A DNA stretch of 64,000 bases, from the IMG/VR virus record IMGVR_UViG_3300001533_000699. The stretch is one strand, 5' to 3'. This document shows positions 1 to 9,392 of this stretch, piece by piece. The DNA comes from a virus. Positions within the stretch are counted from its first letter, which is position 1; every line of letters starts with the position of its first letter. The translations under genes and the position numbers were made by a program. The notes beneath the pieces were generated by a model. That model saw only the letters and a list, made by a program, of their open reading frames with translations, was not told the DNA's origin and did not search any database.

Positions 1-37
1 ATATTTGCGTGTCGCTAATAAAGTAATGCATACGGAT

Positions 38-65
38 ATCTTACCACAAAATTTTCAAAAGTCAA
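38..65 (-). promoter_or_regulatory. sigma70-type promoter (leftward), TTGACT-N16-TAAGAT
   Basis: Reverse complement reads TTGACT tttgaaaattttgtgg TAAGAT; an ATG (31-29; MHYFISDTQI...) lies about 7 nt downstream and runs off the window. Confidence 0.6.
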
Positions 66-775
66 GTGCAAAAATTCCTCCTTATAGACTCTATTATGCT
101 TCATATTGATACAAGTTGTGGCTACTATAGTGAGGACTTAACCTGTGTGAGTAATCTGGCGTAATGAAAGAGGGACTAACACGTGTGATTATGTTCTGTG
201 TCGTTGATGTACGGTAGACCACGACAACCTTCCCTGCTTATACTTAACGTAAGGCGTAGCGTGTACGTAGACCTATATCTAACGGTATCATCGAGTGCAT
301 TTGACTTGCCTATATCTATAAATAGGAATTTCATGTGTGTCTGCCCCACGCTTTTATGTTAAAAACAAAGGTAGCGCCGTCATCGCAGACCGACAACCAA
401 AAAGATGGACTGTATTATGTTAAGCGAGCCCGACAGAGTAGAGACAGTGGTCTCTAACTGGCATCGCTACTCGGCTTCAGGGTATCGTCACGGTAACCCG
501 CTACTCCCATCCATCGCCCCCAACGCAAACTCTTTACTCATATATTTTTTAGCCTGTTGAGGTAGGCTACTCTATTATACGCCTCACACCACCCGTTTGT
601 CAACCACTAACCCAGATTTGTACCAAAGTGTAACACATCCGAACACAACGTACGGTTTCGAACACCGTTTTTAGGTAAACCCCCCCTCTCAGAGACACAA
701 TGTTGCGTAATTGGTACAAAAAGTGGCTAATTTAATGCTATTTTGACACGTTAAGCGTTAAATTCGCCGCATCTC

Positions 776-803
776 TTGACTTTTTCGAAATTTATGATAA
801 AAT
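776..803 (+). promoter_or_regulatory. sigma70-type promoter TTGACT-N16-TAAAAT
   Basis: Consensus-like hexamers with the 16-nt spacer seen throughout the window. Confidence 0.55.
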
Positions 804-1224
804 ACGGGTAAGAACTCGAAAAAACCTGTGATATTACGTAAGTCCTTACTGTGTAAGGGTTAAACGAGCCGTGATATATCATGGAGGGCAGTAGTCTTGC
901 TATGCATGGGGCTCCTGCACCCAATTTCCTAGCGAAAAAATCCCCCCACCCCACCAACTCACCCCATAAGGGCTTACAACACTATTTGCTTGTTCTTCTT
1001 AGTGTTTTTGGTTGTTTTCTTATGGTGTTTTTGAGTACATATACCACAAATAACAAAAAAAATAGAATAATAACCACAATACAATTCACACTACGAACAC
1101 TCAATACAAACACCGCTTTCACAACGTTAAGCAGGGAATATCCCACTCACAACACATCATAACGCTTGTTATTCCTATGAAATAGGCAGAAATACAAAAC
1201 AGCGTATTTAAGAAATAGAAAACC

Positions 1225-1512
1225 ATGAAAATATGGCTAGATGACGAAAGAGCCGCCCCTCCTGGGTGGATACATGTGAAAAATGTAGTAGAAGCCATTA
1301 GTCTTTTGCAAACAGAACAAGTTGAGGAAATTAGCCTTGACAATGACCTCGGTCATCAAATGAAAGAAGGGCGTGAAGTCGCTCGATACATCGAAGAGGC
1401 GGCGATTCGTGGAATAATGCCACGCATCAAGATACACGTGCACACAGCCAATCCTGTGGCTCGTCAATACATGTTGGCTGCTATTCGTAACGCAGAAAAG
1501 GCTTGGGGATAA
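1225..1512 (+). CDS. cyclic-phosphate processing receiver-domain protein
   Basis: KIWLDDER..PPGW, EISLDNDLG, HTANPVA motifs typical of this stand-alone receiver family linked to RNA repair. Confidence 0.8.
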   Translation: MKIWLDDERAAPPGWIHVKNVVEAISLLQTEQVEEISLDNDLGHQMKEGREVARYIEEAAIRGIMPRIKIHVHTANPVARQYMLAAIRNAEKAWG

Positions 1513-1666
1513 CTATGTATTTATTTCTGCTGTTGTACGGCGTTATTGGTGTTCTTGTGTGTGATTGTGTGTACCATATACATGCTAATGCACACAAGGC
1601 TTTATTCTATGGGTCGATGTGGCCTATTACTATTACGATTTTCTTTATTAAACATGTGAGAAAACA

Positions 1667-1921
1667 ATGAGATATTCAGATGAAATCACTAGCCTTACTT
1701 TATGGTTTAAGGCTGCACTTAGTTCAGTAGACACTATTGAAATAACGCAACAACAATATGAGTATGGTTTTGGTAGTCTGCCCGTGAACCTATTGACTAT
1801 TTGCAACAATGCGTTTGATGTGTGGTTGATACATCGAAAGTATGAACTTAGCTATAGTCAGATAAGTATTGCATTCTTTACGGCGGCAGAAGCTATCGGC
1901 AAATTAAAAATTCGTAATTAA
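1667..1921 (+). CDS. hypothetical protein
   Basis: ORF in a gene-dense + strand run. Confidence 0.5.
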   Translation: MRYSDEITSLTLWFKAALSSVDTIEITQQQYEYGFGSLPVNLLTICNNAFDVWLIHRKYELSYSQISIAFFTAAEAIGKLKIRN

Positions 1922-1944
1922 CTCTAGCCACACCTTCCCTGCTT

Positions 1945-2457
1945 ATGAACATTTTTGCACTTGACAGAAATCCACGTATTGCCGCCCAATGTCATTGTGA
2001 TGTGCATGTACGCAAGATGACCGTAGAGTCTGCTCAGATACTATGCACCGTTAATCACTTATATGGAACCTACGACAACATTCCGTATAAGTCCACACAT
2101 GTGCACCATCCGTGTGTTAAATGGGCATGTGAGTCTCAACAGAACTATAACTGGTTATGTGAGCTAGGAATCGGGCTTGCTAAAGAGTTCACGTTTAGGT
2201 TTGGACGCTTCCATAAAACCGAGAGCGTATTATACTGGTGTAGGCACCATAACCCGTGTCCTTTTAATCGTACGCTAGGTACATCGCAGCACTTTGCCTT
2301 ATGTATGCCAGAGCGGTGGCGTGGAGAAGATGGAGTATCTTCTTATCGTAGATATTATGCGGCAGAAAAGGCGGATATTGCTAAGTGGACTAAAAGAAGT
2401 AAACCGCCGTGGTGGCTCAGATATAAGATGTTGTACTATTACCCAAATAAATCATGA
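1945..2457 (+). CDS. pyrimidine-dimer DNA glycosylase / endonuclease V-like protein
   Basis: MNIFALD.NP..AA..HCD.HV.KM..ESAQ.L, YK.TH..HPC..W, YR.YY motifs. Confidence 0.85.
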   Translation: MNIFALDRNPRIAAQCHCDVHVRKMTVESAQILCTVNHLYGTYDNIPYKSTHVHHPCVKWACESQQNYNWLCELGIGLAKEFTFRFGRFHKTESVLYWCRHHNPCPFNRTLGTSQHFALCMPERWRGEDGVSSYRRYYAAEKADIAKWTKRSKPPWWLRYKMLYYYPNKS

Positions 2458-2563
2458 TAAAACAAGTCATTGTAATTCGCAAAGACCTTAAAATGAGGCG
2501 GGGTAAGGAAATAGCTCAAGGTGCTCAATCGATAAGATAACTAGACATTTAAGGCTATACTAA
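2454..2563 (+). pseudogene. pth2: peptidyl-tRNA hydrolase Pth2 remnant (internal deletion)
   Basis: 2454-2540 encodes MIKQVIVIRKDLKMRRGKEIAQGA (Pth2 N-terminal motif); another frame at 2528-2563 encodes IDKITRHLRLY* (Pth2 C-terminus); the middle is missing. Confidence 0.75.
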
Positions 2564-2565
2564 AA

Positions 2566-3015
2566 GTGGAAGCGAGACATTACTATCACTTATCGGCTCT
2601 GTATTTAGGTGGTCCAAAAATCACATTAACCCCTCGTGATTTTGGTGTCAATAGAGGCTATGATGAACCAGACAATAAACGTATTTGTGTTGCTCCATCA
2701 CCAGAGCACTGTATGATTGCATTAGGTGGTTTATTATGTAGTGGTGACTACATATATGTGTATAAGACAAAGAATAAGGTTAAGGGTTTCAGTCCTCATA
2801 ATGTTGTTGATGTAGATGTTACTTTAGAACGTTGGTTATTAAGACGTACTAGTTTTGTACTTGAGACTCAAATCGAATTAGAGTGTGCAAATGGTCTCAT
2901 TGATATATTAGAGGATATGAACCATATCGGCACGGCCAAAGGTATACCGATTCAGCGGCTCGCCCTACAAAAATTAAAAAGAATGAAGTTGACATTTGCT
3001 AGTGTTGTTGTATAA
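2566..3015 (+). CDS. hypothetical protein
   Basis: ORF with YYHLS...TLTPR...RICVAPS...DV.VT.E.W pattern seen in phage hypotheticals. Confidence 0.6.
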   Translation: MEARHYYHLSALYLGGPKITLTPRDFGVNRGYDEPDNKRICVAPSPEHCMIALGGLLCSGDYIYVYKTKNKVKGFSPHNVVDVDVTLERWLLRRTSFVLETQIELECANGLIDILEDMNHIGTAKGIPIQRLALQKLKRMKLTFASVVV

Positions 3016-3016
3016 T
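2989..3016 (+). promoter_or_regulatory. sigma70-type promoter TTGACA-N16-TATAAT
   Basis: Perfect hexamers, 16-nt spacer. Confidence 0.7.
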
Positions 3017-3073
3017 AGAATAACAAAGAAGTTTGTTTTTTTTTATTAACTGTAGACAATAAGGAGTGAAAAA

Positions 3074-3313
3074 ATGGCTAGAACAGCAAAGATGAATGGG
3101 AATCAACGACGTTCGGTGGCGAGTCTCGCAAAGCAGCATGGTGCCTCACGAGCAGCGGAAATTTTAGCAGCACCAAACGATACAGAAGATGCTAAGCTAC
3201 GTGCAAAGAGTTTGTTTCCTGAACCTATCACTGTTACAATCGCTACTGTATGTCGATATGCCAAGGAATACGGCATTGCATTGGCGAAGGGTCGTCGCCC
3301 GAAGCAAGTTTGA
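3074..3313 (+). CDS. small basic protein, possibly DNA-binding
   Basis: Strong RBS (AAGGAG) behind a promoter; basic, helix-rich. Confidence 0.6.
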   Translation: MARTAKMNGNQRRSVASLAKQHGASRAAEILAAPNDTEDAKLRAKSLFPEPITVTIATVCRYAKEYGIALAKGRRPKQV

Positions 3314-3429
3314 TATTGACTTTTGCGAAATTTGTAGTAAACTATTGGGAGTGGGGCCAAGCAAACCGCCTCGACCTATGCTTGGCTTCACACCTTATTT
3401 ACAAGCTGCAAATTACATGACACAAAGAA

Positions 3430-3693
3430 GTGAATAATATGTCTAATATTTTAGAGGAAAAGTTCGGTGCAATTTTGGCTTTTCCGTGGCAAAAATCACA
3501 GAGTCAACCGGATGAAATTATTGGGCAATGGGCAGAAGACGGTAATAGATATGTGATAAGTTGCCCAGAACAATTACGCGACCAACTAGTTAATTTACAA
3601 GTACAGTTGTACGCAAAACTAGATGGTGTAAATAAACTGCGTACACAACTTAATGCAGAAGAACTAAGGATTGAAAAGGTACTACTAACATGA
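3430..3693 (+). CDS. hypothetical protein
   Basis: ORF with coiled-coil-like C-terminus. Confidence 0.55.
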   Translation: MNNMSNILEEKFGAILAFPWQKSQSQPDEIIGQWAEDGNRYVISCPEQLRDQLVNLQVQLYAKLDGVNKLRTQLNAEELRIEKVLLT

Positions 3694-3742
3694 AATTTGC
3701 ACTAGATATTATTGTGTTGGTGATGGCGATTGGTATGTTTTT

Positions 3743-4480
3743 GTGCGTTGTGATGCATGGACTACACTAATAAGAAAGATATATGATATGCAGAATGTGC
3801 GTATGTACTACGTTGGAGGTTTTGTTCGTGATAAAATCCTTGGCGTAGTTTCAAAAGATATAGATTTTGCTGTTGTTGCGCCGTCATATGAAGCAATGAA
3901 ATGTGAAATTGTTCGGAGGGGCGGTAGTATCTTCATAGAACACCCAGAGTACTTTACTATACGCGCTAAACTACCACAATACAATCAGGTTGCGGATTTT
4001 GTGTTGTGTCGTAAAGACGGTGAGTATGTGGATGGACGTAGGCCAGAAGAAGTTATCCATGGCACCCTTGAAGATGATTTGGCTCGTCGTGATTTCACTA
4101 TGAATGCCATTGCTATTGATGAAAACGGAACTTATATTGACCCACATAATGGTATTGAAGACCTAAATCATGGGTTGATTAGATGTGTTGGTGATACTCG
4201 CACCAGATTTACTGAGGACCACCTACGTTTGTTGCGTGCAGTTAGGTTTGCTATTACTAAGAAAATGATGTGGCATTACGATATCGTTGAATGTCTACAC
4301 GATGCTGATTTAGTAGATAATCTAAAGTATGTTGCTGTAGATAGAATTAGAAGCGAGTTATATAAGTGTTTTTTGTGTGACTCTTCTCTTACTATAGAAA
4401 TACTTGCTGAGTTGCGCTATGTTAGAGAAGCTGTATTCTCTACTGAGCTTTGGCTGAAGCCAACTACTGAGCAAAAATAA
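3743..4480 (+). CDS. cca: CCA-adding tRNA nucleotidyltransferase / poly(A) polymerase family (true start probably near 3788)
   Basis: YYVGGFVRD..LG...KDIDF, EDDLARRDFTMNAIA, RFTEDHLRLLRAVRFA. Confidence 0.9.
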   Translation: MRCDAWTTLIRKIYDMQNVRMYYVGGFVRDKILGVVSKDIDFAVVAPSYEAMKCEIVRRGGSIFIEHPEYFTIRAKLPQYNQVADFVLCRKDGEYVDGRRPEEVIHGTLEDDLARRDFTMNAIAIDENGTYIDPHNGIEDLNHGLIRCVGDTRTRFTEDHLRLLRAVRFAITKKMMWHYDIVECLHDADLVDNLKYVAVDRIRSELYKCFLCDSSLTIEILAELRYVREAVFSTELWLKPTTEQK

Positions 4481-4501
4481 TATAAGAATGTGAGGTAAAG
4501 T

Positions 4502-5101
4502 ATGTCTTGGATAAGTGTAAATCCTGTAAGACAAGTAAATACGACAGGATTACTTGGTGATATAGAGTCCCAATTAAGTGCGGCTCAATACCGTGTGTAT
4601 AGTGACCCTGATTTGGTTACGTCTGCTCATGAAATGACACATGGTATTTGTGCTCGTTTGCGTAACGCCATGAACGTAAAAAACGTATGGTACGTTGGTT
4701 ATGGTAGGGCATTTCACACTTCACAGTCACACATTACACTAGCAGACTTAGCAAAGAAGATACCATCGCAACATCGAGGTATGGGTTATCAGCTATATCT
4801 GATACAGCAACAACAATACTGGAATGATGATGCTGCGTACCTAGTTGAAGAGTTAACGTGCTATCTTAATGGCACGGCTGTGGGTGTTGAACGAAGTTTG
4901 TATCAACGTACGAAGGGGAGCTTTCAGAGTGCATGCGAGTTTCTATACTATGTAATGCACTTACGACAGTTAACAATGAACGATGAAATCAAAGAATACA
5001 TTGAGTTTGTGCATAAGCGTATGATTGAACAAGTAGCTAAGCTTGGCGACTTAGTGAGTATTGTGGCAAGAAAATACCTAGAGGAAATTACAAATGTCTG
5101 A
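4502..5101 (+). CDS. hypothetical protein with HExxH motif
   Basis: AHEMTHG motif; RBS GAGG. Confidence 0.6.
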   Translation: MSWISVNPVRQVNTTGLLGDIESQLSAAQYRVYSDPDLVTSAHEMTHGICARLRNAMNVKNVWYVGYGRAFHTSQSHITLADLAKKIPSQHRGMGYQLYLIQQQQYWNDDAAYLVEELTCYLNGTAVGVERSLYQRTKGSFQSACEFLYYVMHLRQLTMNDEIKEYIEFVHKRMIEQVAKLGDLVSIVARKYLEEITNV

Positions 5102-5306
5102 ATCTCAAGACGCTATGGGTTCTATTGGTGGTGTGCTGATGGCTATATTTTCTATGTTTATTTGTTTTATCATGATTACAGAAGGATGTATTAAAGGCAA
5201 ACCCATGCCAAAAATGAACATGTTTCAAAGGGTAGAGCCAGAACCTTCTTCCAATGATAGGCGATTACGTCGTGAATACGAACACCAAAACGGGTTAAAT
5301 ATTTAA
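5094..5306 (+). CDS. small membrane protein
   Basis: One hydrophobic segment; overlapping start/stop. Confidence 0.5.
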   Translation: MSESQDAMGSIGGVLMAIFSMFICFIMITEGCIKGKPMPKMNMFQRVEPEPSSNDRRLRREYEHQNGLNI

Positions 5307-5391
5307 GGCCGGTGGTTGCAAAACGAAAATTTTGTGCTATGATGTAAGTGTGGCACGAATAAACCTCTTGGTTATATGGAGAGTCATCTAA

Positions 5392-6036
5392 ATGCTTAGA
5401 ATCATTGGCGACATACACGGCAAACAAGAAGCATATAGTGAATTGGCGCGTGAGGTCAAGCACAGTGTTCAAGTCGGAGATATGGGTCTTAATTACACTG
5501 TGTTAACTGATTCAGTCAACGCAGAACATCATCGTTTTGTACCAGGAAACCATGACAACTACGACAACCTTCCTGCTCATGCGTTTAAGGACGATTACAG
5601 CATGACGGCTTTGTGCGGTATTCCGTTTTTGTATGTAAGAGGCGCATATTCTATAGATAAAGCGTTTCGTACTCTAGGTATAAGTTGGTGGGGTAATGAA
5701 GAGATTTCATGGCAATCAGGATTAAGTCTTATACAATATGCGTCGAGCTATAAACCTTCACTGATTATATCACACGATTGTCCGTATTGCGTATATTCAT
5801 ATGTACTTACTAATGAAGATAAGTGGAGACAGTCGAGAACTGCTCAAATACTAGACGCATTGTTTAAGGCACATCAACCAGATGTTTGGGTGTTTGGTCA
5901 CCATCATAAAGATATTGTGTTCAAATATCCAAATACCAAAACTACATTTGTGTGTCTTGACGAACTGTCTTATGTAGACTATCCATCATTACAGATACAC
6001 CGAGCTGTTCATTTTTTAACACATTTACAGGAGTAA
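5392..6036 (+). CDS. calcineurin-like metallophosphoesterase
   Basis: GDIHG, GDMG, GNHD, SHD, FGHHH motifs. Confidence 0.9.
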   Translation: MLRIIGDIHGKQEAYSELAREVKHSVQVGDMGLNYTVLTDSVNAEHHRFVPGNHDNYDNLPAHAFKDDYSMTALCGIPFLYVRGAYSIDKAFRTLGISWWGNEEISWQSGLSLIQYASSYKPSLIISHDCPYCVYSYVLTNEDKWRQSRTAQILDALFKAHQPDVWVFGHHHKDIVFKYPNTKTTFVCLDELSYVDYPSLQIHRAVHFLTHLQE

Positions 6037-6042
6037 AAAATC

Positions 6043-6378
6043 ATGTTGGTAGAATACGTGCGTGGTAAACGTGGTGGTTTGGTTGGATGCGTTGTGGCCG
6101 TACTAGATAAAAACATGATAAAGCTAGGTTGGTCCAAGTGCATGGTTAAGCCACCTATTAACTCAAAGTTGAAGGCTGACAAATTCGATAAGGACTACGC
6201 ACTTGATAAAGCTATTGGTCGTGCATTGAGCACCAAAGACCATGTGCGTGTTATGCTGCTTGGAAAAGGCAAGTCGTTGAGTACACAACCTATGGATGTG
6301 CCTAGTTCTGTGAGACCGACCTTGCGCAAAATGGAAAAGCGTGTTGTTTCATACTTCAAACAATTTCAAGATGAATGA
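6043..6378 (+). CDS. hypothetical protein
   Basis: RBS AGGAG; GWSKC...DKFDK...A.GRA phage motif. Confidence 0.6.
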   Translation: MLVEYVRGKRGGLVGCVVAVLDKNMIKLGWSKCMVKPPINSKLKADKFDKDYALDKAIGRALSTKDHVRVMLLGKGKSLSTQPMDVPSSVRPTLRKMEKRVVSYFKQFQDE

Positions 6379-6937
6379 ATTTGACAGGCACTTACGACAA
6401 CGTGGTTTAAGACCACAGTATCAGTACTACAAAACTGAGTGTCTGCCAAACAATCATATTGAAGAGCATGTTGTATTTCCATTTGTGATGCCGGGCGGTA
6501 GATATGTAGGACATCAACGGTATTTTTGGCGTAAACCTAAATTACGTAATAATGATGAGCAGGGAAGGTATGTATCTACTTTTCTCCCTGAATACAATCT
6601 TACTGCGTTTTATGGGTGGCCGCAATGTCGTGGTGTTGGCCCGTTGTTTGTCACGGAAGGAATCTGGGACAGTATACGTGTTAGTAACTGTGGTTTTGAT
6701 TGTATTGCTTTACTATGTAATAGTCCTAATATACAATTACGTAAATATATTAGGTTATTAGCTAACGGCGCGGTAATTGTGGCATTGATAGATAAAGATG
6801 AGAATAAGGCTGGAGAACAATTAGCTAGTTCATTTGACTTTAGTTTTGAGCCAGCACATGGATATGTAGACTTCAACGATATGCCGCAAGAAGTCTGTGA
6901 ATTGCGTATGCTAGAAATTATGGGAGAACTTTTGTGA
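6341..6937 (+). CDS. TOPRIM-domain primase-like protein (start probably 6371)
   Basis: LFVTEGIWD, DKDE.KAG, DFND TOPRIM motifs. Confidence 0.75.
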   Translation: MLFHTSNNFKMNEFDRHLRQRGLRPQYQYYKTECLPNNHIEEHVVFPFVMPGGRYVGHQRYFWRKPKLRNNDEQGRYVSTFLPEYNLTAFYGWPQCRGVGPLFVTEGIWDSIRVSNCGFDCIALLCNSPNIQLRKYIRLLANGAVIVALIDKDENKAGEQLASSFDFSFEPAHGYVDFNDMPQEVCELRMLEIMGELL

Positions 6938-7266
6938 AGCTATTAGTAGACATAGATTGGGAAGATATGCTTGCGTGGTATATTCATATACAATCAATTC
7001 CTGTGGCGTATTTGGTAGATACAGAGAATGTAGTGAGAGCTTACATCGCCGAAACAGAGGTGTATATCTATAGCATAGATTTATTGTTGGATATCAAAGA
7101 CATTGATTTGCGCAATGAACTATGGCGTATGCGTGAGGTGGCGTTATCATATAACCGAATGTGTCAGGCCGGGCGTGAATTTTATAAGTGTTTAGATGAG
7201 TATTGTGAGACTAACAGTGAATCAGAGAATACGAACACAAAATACAACCTAGAGTATCTAGTATAA
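6934..7266 (+). CDS. hypothetical protein
   Basis: Coupled ORF with RBS. Confidence 0.5.
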   Translation: MKLLVDIDWEDMLAWYIHIQSIPVAYLVDTENVVRAYIAETEVYIYSIDLLLDIKDIDLRNELWRMREVALSYNRMCQAGREFYKCLDEYCETNSESENTNTKYNLEYLV

Positions 7267-7297
7267 GAGTTAGTTACACCGGCAATGGAGTGAAATA

Positions 7298-8251
7298 ATG
7301 ATTAAAGATGCGATATATCTACCAAGCGGACGCATTTTCTTAAGTGAAGTAGATGGCTATTTGATTGAATCTACGGAAATGCGCGACGTATCTGTAGATG
7401 GCAAACATAGTAAAGTACGTGAATCTACAGATGTACAAGAAATATGGAAACATCTTGTACCCTACAGTAAAAAGTGGCTATTAACTGTTAGTACCCAGCG
7501 AGGATGCACACATAATTGCCAATTTTGCGATGTTGCAAATTTACCCTTCAAAGGCAACCTTACTAGACAACAAATTGAACAACAGGTTTATGACATTTTG
7601 CTTGCATCGCCGTATGTTAAATATAGCGAGAAAGTAAAAATTGGTTTTGCTAGAATGGGAGAACCGGCATGGAATGTCTCCAATGTTTTAGGCGCAATGT
7701 TGAGTTTAGATAGTATTGCGAATTCTTTAGATAGAGACTTTAAGTGGTTACCGTGTTTTAACTCTATTCTGCCACGCAAAGCTCCATGTCTAGAACAAGT
7801 CATAGATTTTAAGGAAAGTGTTTGTGGTGGGCGGCTACACCTTCAAGTTTCCTGTAATTCAACTAATGAGGATAAGCGGAGTGAACTGTTTGGCGGAGCA
7901 GACGTTCTATCTCTTGATGAAATTGTTCATATCGTTAATCAAAAAAAGATTACTAATAGAACTGTGACATTGAACTTCATAGTGATGGATGGGGTTGAAG
8001 TGTCTGTTACTAAACTAAAGAAAATGGGATTGAATGGAGATAAGTTTACTGTTAAGCTTATTCCTCTAAATAAAACTGTTAATTCAGAACATAATGATTT
8101 ACACGCTTATGCTAATTACTCTAATTATGACAAGCTTGTTGATTTGAAGAATAAATTTGAGCAGGAAGGTGTTCCTGTAGTAATGGACGCCATTGCGAAG
8201 TGTGAAGAAGCAGGCTTATGCTGTGGTCAACTTGCACAAATATATCTATAG
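7298..8251 (+). CDS. RlmN/Cfr-like radical SAM RNA methyltransferase
   Basis: STQRGCTHNCQFC (CxxxCxxC), RMGEP (cf. MGMGEP), LIPLN, C-terminal CGQL. Confidence 0.8.
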   Translation: MIKDAIYLPSGRIFLSEVDGYLIESTEMRDVSVDGKHSKVRESTDVQEIWKHLVPYSKKWLLTVSTQRGCTHNCQFCDVANLPFKGNLTRQQIEQQVYDILLASPYVKYSEKVKIGFARMGEPAWNVSNVLGAMLSLDSIANSLDRDFKWLPCFNSILPRKAPCLEQVIDFKESVCGGRLHLQVSCNSTNEDKRSELFGGADVLSLDEIVHIVNQKKITNRTVTLNFIVMDGVEVSVTKLKKMGLNGDKFTVKLIPLNKTVNSEHNDLHAYANYSNYDKLVDLKNKFEQEGVPVVMDAIAKCEEAGLCCGQLAQIYL

Positions 8252-8266
8252 AGGCAATAAACAATA

Positions 8267-8494
8267 ATGAAGGCAAAAATTAAGTGTGGTGTATGTGGCA
8301 ACGAGATTGACATTACTCAACAAATAGATGCTGATGTGTTATTGCTTGCTGATAAGGCCGAACAAGACAATAAAGAGCTGCTTGAATTACTGGACCGCTT
8401 TCGTTCAGAAGTAAGGCCATATTGTCGTCCAGGTTTTGTGAAGTATGATGTGTTTCCAGTCTTCAAGGAGGTAGACGCATTGTTTTCAAAGTAA
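8267..8494 (+). CDS. hypothetical protein
   Basis: CxxC N-terminus. Confidence 0.5.
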   Translation: MKAKIKCGVCGNEIDITQQIDADVLLLADKAEQDNKELLELLDRFRSEVRPYCRPGFVKYDVFPVFKEVDALFSK

Positions 8495-8550
8495 AATGAA
8501 ATGCATAAAGGAATATCAATAATTACCGACTAAGGAAGCGAGTAATCTCT

Positions 8551-8802
8551 ATGAAAATACGACAAGGTTTTGTTAGCAATTCTTCATCCTCAAGCTTTGT
8601 TGTCATCGACAAAGAACATCCAGGCTATCGTTTTCTTTTATCACAAGCAACACCAACTGCTGACTTTTACATAGAATACCAAGACTCACAACAACCACTG
8701 ATATACGATGCCTACGACAACGCAACATGGGACACACTATCTCTGTCGCCAGTCTATTATGACTGGACCGAATTTCTAGACCAGATATCTTTTGACGGTT
8801 GA
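8551..8802 (+). CDS. MKIRxGFVSNSSSSSF-motif protein (paralog 1)
   Basis: N-terminal motif shared with 12263 and 46139. Confidence 0.7.
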   Translation: MKIRQGFVSNSSSSSFVVIDKEHPGYRFLLSQATPTADFYIEYQDSQQPLIYDAYDNATWDTLSLSPVYYDWTEFLDQISFDG

Positions 8803-8826
8803 CTTCCTGAAAATTTGTGATAAGAT
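8799..8826 (+). promoter_or_regulatory. sigma70-type promoter TTGACT-N16-TAAGAT
   Basis: Hexamers with 16-nt spacer. Confidence 0.6.
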
Positions 8827-8855
8827 ATTAGCAGTGCAGACAACCTTCCCTGCTT

Positions 8856-9392
8856 ATGGAGCCACCGACCACAATGTCAGAGACTGTAATTGTCAATCGT
8901 ACTGACGATACACAAATCGAAAAGTGGGCCAAACAAGCGCTCATTATGTTGGATTGCGATATTCGCACAGTGCGTATCGAGTGGAATGGACGATTTACTC
9001 GCCGTATGGGCGATGCTGGTCTGAAAAACGGTATTGGTGTTGTACGTCTGTCTAAGCCGTTGTGGCCACGAGCAACTGAAATGGACCGCCAACAAACCGT
9101 TGTGCATGAAGTGTGTCATGTAGTACAGCGATATAGACATGGGCGATTAGATACTCCGCACGGTAAAATATGGCAGCATTATATGAAAACGTGTGGGTTT
9201 CAACCACGGCGTTGTCACAGTGTTAACCTAGAAGGTTTACGACGTAATATTCCGAAATACGCTGCGAGGTGTTCATGTCAGACACATCAAATCGGACTAA
9301 TCAGAGCACGGCGAATGATGGCTGGAATTTCGTCGTATAGATGTAAGAAATGCAATACACAATTGACTTTAATTGAGGGGTATGACACATGA
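8856..9392 (+). CDS. SprT-like zinc metalloprotease
   Basis: HEVCH, PHGKIW, C-terminal CxC and CxxC zinc ribbon. Confidence 0.85.
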   Translation: MEPPTTMSETVIVNRTDDTQIEKWAKQALIMLDCDIRTVRIEWNGRFTRRMGDAGLKNGIGVVRLSKPLWPRATEMDRQQTVVHEVCHVVQRYRHGRLDTPHGKIWQHYMKTCGFQPRRCHSVNLEGLRRNIPKYAARCSCQTHQIGLIRARRMMAGISSYRCKKCNTQLTLIEGYDT

